Positions 18,501 to 26,300 of a DNA stretch of 62,000 nucleotides are shown piece by piece. The stretch comes from Hyalangium minutum (lineage in GTDB: Bacteria; Myxococcota; Myxococcia; Myxococcales; Myxococcaceae). The stretch spans positions 20,001 to 82,000 of the forward strand of contig NZ_JMCB01000006.1 in NCBI RefSeq assembly GCF_000737315.1, written 5' to 3'. Numbering within the stretch: position 1 is the stretch's first letter; the number at the start of each line of letters is the position of its first letter. A program made the translations under genes and the position numbers. A model generated the notes under the pieces. It searched no databases. It was not told where the DNA came from and saw only the letters and a program-made list of their open reading frames with translations.

Positions 18501-20979
18501 GCGCGCTGTCGCGGGGATAGGTCCCCGCCACCCGCGCGTAGAGCTCCACGGGCCCCTCGGTTCGCACCCAGTCGAAGGCCGCCGTCACCTCTCCTTGCGC
18601 AGGCACCTGGATGGGGGCCTCGCCCAGGAGGCGGCCGAGATGGGAGAGCGGAGACCCCTGCCACCACTGCAAGACAGCCCGCCCCTCGGTGGTGGAGACA
18701 TTCCGCACACGCGCGGTGACCACCACCTTCTCTCCTATCTGGGCTCCCAGTGGGGTGAAGTGCATCTCCTTGGCGGCCACCACGAGGTCCGTCGTCGCGC
18801 TGCCCGGTGTGAGCTCCGCGCAGTTGTCGTTCTCGTTCACCTCGGGCACCTGGTTCTGCGGATCCACGCAGGCCCGCAGGGCCACGGGCGTTCCCGCGGG
18901 GGGAACCTGAAAGCTCCCCAGCAGGACGGCGGTGGCGCTGCCATGCCGGGCGACCGCATCCCTCTCGGCCCAGACCGTCCCGTCCGCGACGTTCATCAGC
19001 CGCACCGAGGTGGCCACATCCTGCGCTCCGTCGTTGATGACGGACAGCGAGTACTCCACATAGCGCCCGGGAAGCGCCGAGCTGTTGGAGCTGGAGAGGC
19101 TGCCCGCGACGAGCTCGCTGGCGGCGCTGTCCGACATGACGGTCATGGCCAGCGTCCGCTGGTTGTTCGTCCGATCCGGATCCGACAGCCTTCCATCCGG
19201 GTCCACCGCGAGCGTGTAGGAGGCCGGAACCAGGGAGGACAACGTGAACGACACCGGCACGGTGGTCTGGCCTGGAACGAGCGGGAGTAGCTGCTCGGCG
19301 ATCCGCTCGCCCGAGCGGAAGACCACGACCGGGACCTGGCTGGCCGCCGTGGTGTACGCATTGCGGATGTTCCCCTGGAGGACAAAAGGCTGGCCCGGGA
19401 CGATCTGCCCAGGCGAGGGCACGAAGGACATGGGGGTCGTCACCTGCAGATCCACCGCCGCGCCCGTGCCTCCGTAGTAGAAACGGAAGGCTTGGTTGTT
19501 CTGCTCGTCTGCCTCCGGCAGCGCGCCCGCCGGATCCACCCGTGCATAGAACGCCACGGGCCCCGTGGCCGTGGGCAGGGGTACATCGAAGGTCAACGAC
19601 CCGAGCGCATTGGGCTGGAGCCCCGCCGAGAGCACCTCGCTGCCCAGCAGGGTTCCACCGTTCCCTGGAGCGCCCCGGAAAAGTTCCACCGTTACCGCCT
19701 GGGGCAGCGGAGAGCCCAGGTTGAGCACCACCACCTTCACCAGGAGCCGGCCCGGCGCCCCCGGGTAGAACTGCAGACTTCCTCCCGAGATGGCCAGATC
19801 GTTCTCCACCCGGACCCGCAGCGGAGCCGAGGCCGTGTTGTTGCCCTCGTCGATCTCCAGCACCTGCCCCTCTGGATCCACCTGCGCGATGACCTCGTAG
19901 CTGCCCGCGAGCTGAAGCGTGGGCAGTGTGGCGACGATCGTCGCCTGCGCTCCCGGGGCCAGCGCTGACAACGACACCTGAGCCAAGGTGACCGCGGCAC
20001 CGCCCGCCAAGGGCCGGGCGACGAAGCGCACGGGGATGGCCAGGGCCGGGACACCCGACCGGTTGCGGATGCTCAGGGTTGCCTGGAGGCTCGCGCCCTG
20101 AAGCGGCGTGGGATCCGCCAGCACGAGCTGAGGCCGCCCGCGATCGTCCGTCATCACGTGCCAGTCCGGCGCCGCCTCGCGAAGAACCGACAGGGCACGG
20201 GCCGTGAGACGCGTGCTCCCCTCCCAGCTCCCATCCGCCTGCTGGGCGGCCAGGAGGTAGACCCGTCCCTCCTCCCGCGCCTGCGAGTGCTCGAAGGGAG
20301 CCCCCACCAATCCCTGGAGCGCGGCCACGGTGTCCTCGACTGTGCCGAAGGAGCCGTCAGGCCGCTGCATCGTCATGAGGCACGCGGTGGCCCGGCTCAG
20401 CGCGAGGTTCGCGTCTGGGATCCAGGGGTGGAGGCGCAGCGCGGAGATGGCAGAGGCCGTCAGCGCCGCGGACGCGGCGTTGTCGGCAAAGGCAAAGCAA
20501 CCATCGGGGCGGGCCTTTGCCAGCAATTGCGCCAGCGCGCCTTCAGGCCTCCCGAAGGGGTTGGTGCTCAACTGGGGCGAGAGGATGAGGCTCAGCGCCA
20601 GGTGGAGGGCATCCGGTGCCTCGAACCCCGGCCCCTGGGTCGTGAGCGTTTGTGTGCCCCGGAAGAATGGGGACTGCCGAAGCGCCAGCGCGGTGCGGAT
20701 TTCCAGCTCGGAGTCGAGCAGGAGCGGCTGGAAGGCCAGGTAAATCTCCGCACTCCGGGCTGCATCACTGGCCCCCAGGCCGTGCGCGCGAAGCGCCTCG
20801 AGCGCCTCCGCTGTCACGAGCGTGGGTTCTTCGCTCCTCAGCTCACCGAACGCCCCCGTCGGCCCCTGCATGCTCTGCAGGAACTGCAATCCCTGCGCGA
20901 CAGGTTCCGCGCTCGCAATCCCTGGCATCCACACCAGGGAAAGTCCACCCATCAGAGCCCACACCCATGACAGCCGCAC
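12586..20979 (-). CDS. Giant secreted multidomain protein, 2797 aa: QW-repeat alpha/alpha toroid, ~8 CARDB, FG-GAP beta-propeller, Ig-like repeats, C-terminal beta-helix-like domain
   Basis: Signal peptide MRLSWVWALMGGLSLVWMPGIASA/E. QW-like motifs QRPDGSFG and QQADGSW. Eight VDP..E.xE.NN-type CARDB ends. Ca-loop motifs DLDGDG, DLNGDG, DADGDG, DLNLDG, DIDADG. Seven D.TPP.l.v.GV repeats. Stop is 15 nt upstream of the RHS gene start. Confidence 0.88.
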   Translation of the reverse strand: MRLSWVWALMGGLSLVWMPGIASAEPVAQGLQFLQSMQGPTGAFGELRSEEPTLVTAEALEALRAHGLGASDAARSAEIYLAFQPLLLDSELEIRTALALRQSPFFRGTQTLTTQGPGFEAPDALHLALSLILSPQLSTNPFGRPEGALAQLLAKARPDGCFAFADNAASAALTASAISALRLHPWIPDANLALSRATACLMTMQRPDGSFGTVEDTVAALQGLVGAPFEHSQAREEGRVYLLAAQQADGSWEGSTRLTARALSVLREAAPDWHVMTDDRGRPQLVLADPTPLQGASLQATLSIRNRSGVPALAIPVRFVARPLAGGAAVTLAQVSLSALAPGAQATIVATLPTLQLAGSYEVIAQVDPEGQVLEIDEGNNTASAPLRVRVENDLAISGGSLQFYPGAPGRLLVKVVVLNLGSPLPQAVTVELFRGAPGNGGTLLGSEVLSAGLQPNALGSLTFDVPLPTATGPVAFYARVDPAGALPEADEQNNQAFRFYYGGTGAAVDLQVTTPMSFVPSPGQIVPGQPFVLQGNIRNAYTTAASQVPVVVFRSGERIAEQLLPLVPGQTTVPVSFTLSSLVPASYTLAVDPDGRLSDPDRTNNQRTLAMTVMSDSAASELVAGSLSSSNSSALPGRYVEYSLSVINDGAQDVATSVRLMNVADGTVWAERDAVARHGSATAVLLGSFQVPPAGTPVALRACVDPQNQVPEVNENDNCAELTPGSATTDLVVAAKEMHFTPLGAQIGEKVVVTARVRNVSTTEGRAVLQWWQGSPLSHLGRLLGEAPIQVPAQGEVTAAFDWVRTEGPVELYARVAGTYPRDSAPVNNVAGRHLFLKAIVDTGVAGTYVQGSEIRIAPLLGGTKPDMVLVHRTVTGTVSKEFVSLLQQGTDGSWSKLWSYTPMTTTLDVATADLDGDGTGEIVAYSKDTSNNYELVALRPDGTLKWKRVLAGTSGCSASTVSSYALGLGDLNGDGVGDIVAWTQDLRAFSGVDGTDLWTATVGSATCQLGYTATVLDADGDGQNEVLASKIGLYALVSAQGTVRWQVSQPTGTIGAGVVDLNLDGKAEVIIPRFRNNLVARDLITGQQVQTGTPFEAREYFLSAGALRQDGLAYVTLANNGGTSITGAFTPDLLPLWSQELFCTVCATGGGRSGVDAFNGVLADVLGQGRPQAIFAGLLTPPVIQDGRTGELLETFPAQMQPETGANYSFPEHTPVVVDIDADGHADIAMPFIEGTAPPTQLRDHPQYGRGEVLIFSSVHWKKQPALWPTRSIRKGQVGADLRLGSDYRWWTTHNTWNQQFDVEPATLMADLSVRNADITVSPQSPTVGGIQTVTVTLRNVGGVAASGVHVALYDGDPTAGGRHLADVVAAGPLAPRTGVATLSLPWVAYPEGEHVLYVVANADGAIEESGRENNIGSARVYVLPGTQGCDLAVDTAQFSSQPPLPQTGEALTLDVTVRNQGAQACGASTVEAWDGPRGANSPLFGAAALPALQPGAEAHVLVTGIALTGSHGYRVIADPQVVTLDQERLNNEAVFTVESMPAAMPDFTVQAVSASPSPAYAGEAVTVSVTVLNRGSPSPGTLLSIEVPGQPELLLEVPPLLTAESTVLTARITAPQASTLIHAEVDPQGIVTEFSELNNVREVNLPVEDPLLVVSGTASPGVVGPAAPVSFTVLLANQSPRGRTLAWDAAIQGPAGALVATLATSPRLVVGGGAEYQTSLSWNTGAFGPGLYSLRIQVTEGGRPVAVGTVPFTLTAEAVASLGLVTDRESYGPEETVLAQMRVSNTGRNAVLPAGTLQVVFEDVTGTLLASGQWAISELAPGAFHDIAERFSVSPTAQAGSYRVRAELRDAQGTVIASNQVLWKVVIVPARVVTAQLSAASPFPIGPPLQTHVLLTNTSGETVEGLLRVLLLDTPLLGQEATASTQVSLAPGSSQDIVLSLPTSQLDARQKVLVAQLDGQTLDRLVVTAEMPTDQEPPVITISGVTDGQFSPTQVIPEITVTDPYLSSTTITLNGNAFTSGTAVTAEGSYLLEVSAADAFGNQRQRSVSFTIDLTPPVLQLAGVAHGALLNTPVTLSFQAQEQHPGTLVATVDGAPVESGVFVDGEGDHLWTVTAVDLAGNSTTETRAFSLDFTAPQVEITGVAEGQVSAVPLTPSVTVEDAHPGSVVATLDGVPFSLGTAISAEGAHLLAVTAVDGAGNSHSVDIHFSIDQTAPVLSLDGPSHGALLNTPVTLSYSVSEPHPGTVTSLLDGSPLASGTEVNAEGDHLWVVQASDAVGNAVSETRSFSLDFTPPVLGVTGVVNGQYSSVPLTPGVTVQELHPGTLVATLDGVPFTLGTAVSTEGTHLLALRAVDGAGNVAERVIEFTLDFTPPEVWVYWVKDGQYINHEVAPAFDVVDTNLASVSATLDGATFTSGTFVTAEGTHVLVVTAVDLAGNQTVRTVSFTLDFTPPVLSVTGVSEGALGTSFTPVFTATDASPLQPLEGVLDNVLVDSGTPVTALGAHTLRVKAWDMAGNLSSVTVHFTVLQARPRFLFAACALDSLSIQDSAQVVGLSGPASVASHGSVLMGDSSSVSGDVVSGTLTQLGGLASVGGRIYHGGQLVLGTGAQATGGDETVSSPPTPCSCGYDLTRWFQKVGQQNDNALLQADPDISPFLVGGGLEIDQETLTLPSGRFLLDHLVLTGGATLKVASGGSVELFVSGSVSVSNQSTLGAAPGTGASLLLVSSASTGQAVSVLNQSTAAMQIYAPLTHVILGNNTSLRGAVVGRQVTLTNSQTLVLSPGPQTVPAPLSCP
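13395..15051 (-). repeat. Seven tandem ~80-aa Ig-like repeats (boundaries approximate)
   Basis: Repeat heads DQEPP, DLTPP, DFTAP, DQTAP, DFTPP (x3), each followed by ..TAEGxHxLxVxAxDxAGN-like tails. Confidence 0.8.
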
Positions 20980-21138
20980 AGAGATCCCTCGGCATTCCTT
21001 GCCACCCCCCGCGGGAATCCGCGCGGCAGCGCCGACTGTGCAATGTCATACATTTCCTTCTATGAACATGACCTGCCACATCCCGTTTACCGGACTCACA
21101 CTCGCAGCAAGGAACGATTGTCCCTCTGGGCGACCCGC

Positions 21139-23370
21139 CTACTTCGACGACCTGGCAGGTTGCCCATAGGCCTTCTTGAGGATGTCGTCGCTGCTCAAAC
21201 CACTGGCCTTGGCGGCTTCCACATCCAATCCCTCGCCATGGCCCCGGCCCCGGCCCTCGAAGATGAGGTTTGAGCCATCGAAGGAAGCCGTGCGCGGACA
21301 GGCGGGAAGCTTCAGCGCGGAGCGAAGCACCTCACAAGGAAGGGATTCGGTGGTGTCGAAGGTCGCCCCGCTCTCCTGCTGTGCACGGATATAGGAGACG
21401 CGCCCGGCATCGAAGCGCAACGAGGCCACCCCCTGGCCGAGCAGTGACTCCACCTGACTGCGTGGACGCACCTCGCGCCAGGGCTCCTGGCCACCTTGTG
21501 AGAAGAGGAGCCACTGGTTCCACTTCAGCGGCGGCAGGGCCAGCGCCTTCTCCTCTTCCGGCCGCACACGCACCGTGCCGAGGAAGGCCTGGCAATGGGT
21601 GGTGTCGCAGATGGGTCGGCCGCCGTGACGGGTCTCGGCGTGCTGCTCGTTGTGTGCCACGACTCGCGCCAGGGCGATCCGTGGCTCCCCCTTCGAGGCT
21701 GCGTCCTCCGCGGCTACTACGCCCGCTGTGTATTGAAGGCGCGTGGTCCGGAAGATGAAGTCCGAGCCTCGCCTCGCGCTGCGCTCCCGCTCCGTCGTGG
21801 GCACTCCCGGCGGTGGCCGGTATGGCGGAGGAGTGGACCCTGTGAAGCTGCCTGCGTAGTCCCTGCCCTCGGAGGGTAGACCTGGGACGCGAACCCGCCA
21901 CGGGCTGCCCAGACAGACCGCAGGCCCCTTCGCCACGAGCTGCTTCAATTGAGAGAAGCCCTGCGGCGCCGGGCGCGGTGTGCCCTGGTCCACCGCGAAG
22001 CCCACTCCTCTACAGCCCGCCTCCACCTCCGAGGTCGAGGCCAGCCCCAGCACTTGCACCTTCGCTGCGTCCAGGCCTGGACGCTGGCGCACCCGGGCCA
22101 GCACTTTGGGCACCTCGGCCGCGAAGCTGCGGGGCATCTTCCCGGGCCGCATCACCACCGCCACCACGTCCGCATCCACCGCGACGATCCACCCGTACTG
22201 CGGACGGCTCGCCGCGTCCCGCACCGTGCCTGTCTTGGTAGCCACTCCCACGTACGCCGCCGACGCCGGGAGCTCCGACAGCGTCCCACGAGCGGCGTTG
22301 TCCTTCATCCACTCGATCAGATCCGGCCGGGCTTCGGCCAGCAGACGGTACGCCTGCGCCATACCCCACGGAGAGAGCGCCAGCGTGGAACGCAGGCCGA
22401 TGGCGTCTGCCATGTCCGCGGGCTTCCCAGTCAGTCCCACCGCCGTCAGCACCGCGCCCCAGGGTCCAAAGTCTGCCGCAGCGCCGCCTCTCGCTCCCCA
22501 ATCGAGGAAGTAGCCGTTGCACGAGCGCAGCAGCGCCGTGCGCCCGTCCACCTGCTTCGGCAATCCCTGGCCACACGCCCACTCCTGCACGCCCGAGCGG
22601 GGCGTCAGCAGCGGCGGTGGCTCGGAGCTGCCTGCCATCACGAAGGGCTTCAGCGTGGAGCCATAGGGCAACGCGCGCTGCACCTCCCCTTCCGAGAGCA
22701 GCACCTCTCCCGAGTGGCGGCTCAGCACCACGGTGGCCTCGGCCGCCGCCTTCACCGTCACGTCCGCCAGCTCATCAATGGAGACCGGCACCACCCATCG
22801 CGCGCCGTCCTGGCACTGGCGCAGCCGCCGCGAGAGCGCCTGAGGAAAGCCCCGGTCCTCTCCGAGAATCCGCGCCAGCGCCCGTCGGGCCCGCGACGTG
22901 TCCACTGCTGGTGAGCGCGCCAGCTCCGAGGCCGCCACACTCAGCGACTGGTAGGGCCCCTCCCTCCAGATGGGCAGCTCGCCGCTCACCACCAGCGCGA
23001 AGGCCTCGTGGAAGAGCCGATCCTCCGAGGCCGCGGGACAGACCCACCACAGCAGCTGGTGCGCCAGCTCGTGCCGCAGTGCCAAGCGCAGGCGCTCATC
23101 CAGCACGCCCGGCGTGTTCTGCCGCAGCTCCACCAAGCCGGGCTTGCTCTGGGCGTTGCGATCCGCCGCCAGCCCCACGCCGCGCTGGAGGCGGATGGGG
23201 GCCGGGGCCTGCGTGAGAAATCCACCGGCCTCGGCCACGTAGCGCGCCTCCAGCGCCACCCAGGACGCCTCTGCCTCGGCGACCAGGGCGTCCTCGGGCG
23301 TCACGTCTCCCTGTGTGAGGAAGGCCGGGGTGGCCGCCAGCACCGCAGCCGTGATGACAGCCCACCCCAT
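21139..23370 (-). CDS. YfaQ/MagE-like protein: HExxH zinc-peptidase domain + penicillin-binding-protein-like domain + SpoIID/LytB-like domain
   Basis: HELAH (23059-23073) with downstream FHEAFA; STLK (22648-22659), SCN (22516-22524), KTG (22228-22236); CDTTHCQ and GRGRGHGEGL (SpoIID-like). Starts 3 nt after the A2M stop. Confidence 0.78.
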   Translation of the reverse strand: MGWAVITAAVLAATPAFLTQGDVTPEDALVAEAEASWVALEARYVAEAGGFLTQAPAPIRLQRGVGLAADRNAQSKPGLVELRQNTPGVLDERLRLALRHELAHQLLWWVCPAASEDRLFHEAFALVVSGELPIWREGPYQSLSVAASELARSPAVDTSRARRALARILGEDRGFPQALSRRLRQCQDGARWVVPVSIDELADVTVKAAAEATVVLSRHSGEVLLSEGEVQRALPYGSTLKPFVMAGSSEPPPLLTPRSGVQEWACGQGLPKQVDGRTALLRSCNGYFLDWGARGGAAADFGPWGAVLTAVGLTGKPADMADAIGLRSTLALSPWGMAQAYRLLAEARPDLIEWMKDNAARGTLSELPASAAYVGVATKTGTVRDAASRPQYGWIVAVDADVVAVVMRPGKMPRSFAAEVPKVLARVRQRPGLDAAKVQVLGLASTSEVEAGCRGVGFAVDQGTPRPAPQGFSQLKQLVAKGPAVCLGSPWRVRVPGLPSEGRDYAGSFTGSTPPPYRPPPGVPTTERERSARRGSDFIFRTTRLQYTAGVVAAEDAASKGEPRIALARVVAHNEQHAETRHGGRPICDTTHCQAFLGTVRVRPEEEKALALPPLKWNQWLLFSQGGQEPWREVRPRSQVESLLGQGVASLRFDAGRVSYIRAQQESGATFDTTESLPCEVLRSALKLPACPRTASFDGSNLIFEGRGRGHGEGLDVEAAKASGLSSDDILKKAYGQPARSSK

Positions 23371-23373
23371 CGG

Positions 23374-26300
23374 CTACCAGTCGCCCCGAGGCTTCTGGGA
23401 CGCCTTCACCGCCAGCACGTCCGACTTCGTCCGGGCGCGCAAGCTGGCCACGTACATGTCCTCGATGGAGGCCGGCGGCGCGGTGAACTTGCCCGCGAAC
23501 TGCGCCCTCATCACGTAGCCCACCGAGCGCGGGCTGTCGCTCCACCGCGCGGGCTCCTCGAAGAAGAACGTGGCTCGCTCCGGCGTCAGCACGCGCCGCT
23601 TGAGCGCCTCGGGCGCCAGGTTCAGCGAGTGCGGTGCCCCGCGGAACTCCTTGTCCTCGATGAGCGGCACGAAGCCTGCCGGCACCGCGTCCTCCACCAC
23701 GTAGTACGCCGAGCGCGCCTTGTTGTCCCCGCGCGCGTCGATGGTCAGCTCGACGAAGACCTCCTCGCCCTGGGCCACCTCCTCGCCCGAGGCCAGCGGC
23801 TGCCTGCCGCTCTCGCGCAGCACCCAGTAGCGGCGCTCGATGCTCATGCCCTGGGAGAGCGGCTGCACGTCCGGCAGCGGCGTTAGCGTCGTGGCGCGCA
23901 GCGTGGCCACGCCCTCGAACGAGGCCACGTTCACCGAGCGCGTGCCCGGCTCCAGTGTGGCCACCAGGCCCATGCCCCGAGGCGAGAACTTCACTGGCCC
24001 CTTGGCTCCCTTCACCTCCGGCGGCGGCAGCTTCTTGAAGGCCTTGGCATCGCGCTCGACGAGCCACAGCGAGTGCAGCAGCGCCGTGCTGCGGTCGAAG
24101 GTGGACAGGTCCGGCTGGCTGAGCAGCTCGAGAAGCCGCCGGCGCGCCTTGTCCACGTCCAGCTTGCCGAACGAGGCCGCGTGCGCCAGCAGCGCCGTGA
24201 GGCCCACGCGCCGCAGCGGGTAGTGGAAGAAGGCCTCGGCGTCGGTCGCGGTGTTCAGGCTCGCCAGCTGGACGAAGCCCTCGTTGCTGGCCTGCACCAG
24301 CGAGTCGATGCGCGCCTGCAGCGCGGGCTCCTTCATCACCCCCGCCTTCTCCGCCGCCAGCACCGAGAGCGCCAGCGGGTACAGGTCGCCCGGCGTCGCC
24401 CGGTCGATGAGGGCGCGCACGCGGTCCGCCTTGCGATCGCCGTACATGCGTGCGAGCACGTAGGCGCGCGTGGCGTCGTACTCGAAGGGCAGGTTCTCCT
24501 GGGCCTCCAGCCAGCGCGCGGCCTCGGTCAGCCGCGTGTCGTTGGCATCCACCAGCCCCGCCTCCGTCGCGTAGGCCAGCCCATCCAGAGCGATGAGCGT
24601 CATCGCCACATCCGGCGTGCTGTACCCGCCGAACCAGGTGAAGCCGCCGCCCTTCACCGCCAGGGCGAGGATGCGCGAGGTGCCCTGCACGGAGCGGCTG
24701 CGCGCCTCGGCCAGCAGGCCCTGGCTCTCGGGGTCCAGCCGGCCCAGCATGTCCACCTTCTTGAGCGTCTGGTACAGCGCCACGTTGGGCACCGTGGTGG
24801 ACACGAGCTGCTCCAGGCAGCCGTACGGGTAGGTGAGCAGCTCGCGCACGTTGGTGAGCGCCGCGTCCACCACCGAGGGCTGGAGCACCAACTGCACGTC
24901 CGTGAGCGTGGCCGAGCTCGCCGCTTGCAGCGACAGCTCGCCGCCGCCCCAGGCGGACACCTTCACCGGCTCCTCCAGGGCCGCGGGCCGCACCGGCACT
25001 GCGCGGCGATCCTTCAGCGGATCCTTGCCGCCCGTTACGTCCACCGACAGCTCGGCCGAGCCCGGACCCGTGGCCTTGATCTGCAGGGGGAGGACCTTCT
25101 CGCCGCCCTGGCCCAGCTCGATCTTCTCCTGCGTCTGGTTGGCTTGGAGCGCGCCCGCGGAGGCCAGCTTCACCTCCAGCACCTGACTGCCCTTGGAGGC
25201 CGCACCCGCGGACAGACGTACCGAGGCGAGCGCCTCGTCCCCCTCGCGGAGGAACTGCGGCAGCGCCGCGTACAGGTTGAGGCCGCCACGGGTGGCGAAC
25301 TCCCCGGTGCCCTCGCCGAAGCGGCCCGAGGTGTCCGCCGCCACCGCCGTCACCACCCAGAGCGTCTGGTTGGAGGGCAGCTTGAAGCGCACCGTGGCGC
25401 GGCCATCGCGGTCCGTGACGACGTTCGGCTGCCAGAAGGCCGTGTCGCGCTCCTCGTCCTTCGCCTTGCGCGTGGGCGGCTTGATGGAGGCGAACGCGTG
25501 GTCCGGCAGCCCGGCCATCTTCCGCGCCAGCGCCTCGCCGTAGCCGTAGCCCTGGAACTCAGCGGAGTAGAAGTTGGACACGTTGTTGCGCGCGGGCGGA
25601 TAGAAGAAGTCCAGCACCTTCGGGCGGAACTCCGTCTGGATGGCGTACACGGCCTTGTCCACCACGCCCACGGACACCTGGGCCACGATGCCGTTGCCCT
25701 CGTGGTCCGTGACGCGCAAGTCCATCACCTGCTCGGTGAGCGGGGCGGCCTCCACGCGGCGAGGCTCCAGCTTCACCGTCAGGGTGCGCTCGGCGGGGAT
25801 GATGCGGAAGGACACCGTGCGCTCCTCCCAGCGGCCCGAGCTCGTCGGGTACGCCACGGACGCGTACACCGCGCTGCCGTAGCGCTTCTCCACCGGGAAG
25901 CTGTGCACCAGCGTGCGGCCCTCGAGCTCCAGCAACTCCGTGCCGTAGAGGCCCGCGCCCGTGAAGGTGATCCACACCGGGCCGCGATCCTTGCCCCCGG
26001 GGCCCCAGCCATCCGGGAACAGGCCCACCAGCTGCCCCGAGTCGCCCGGAGACAGCGTGCCAGAGAGCGAGGCTAGCGTGAGGTTCGCCACGCGCGCCAC
26101 CGGCTCGTCATTGCCGCCGATGACGAGCATGGACTGCTCGCCCGTCCACGCCTTGCCGTTCTTGTCCTTCACCGTCATCCGCGCCAGCACCGTGCCCACC
26201 TCCGAGGTGGGGACCTTCTGGCGGGCGATGCCGTTGGCCTCGGTGGTGAGCGAGTGCTTGCTCAGGCTCTTCTCGCTGCCGTCCGCCTTGCGCAGCACGA

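Noticed and set aside
12934-19290. Long plus-strand ORFs (688, 297, 334, 478 aa)
   Set aside because: Arg/His/Gly-rich shadows of the 2797-aa gene.
20150-20910. Terpene cyclase or prenyltransferase enzyme
   Set aside because: Only QW-like structural repeats; no DxDD motif; sits in a secreted adhesin-like protein.
20980-21138. Sigma-54 promoter from TGGCA matches
   Set aside because: Spacing does not give GG-N10-GC.
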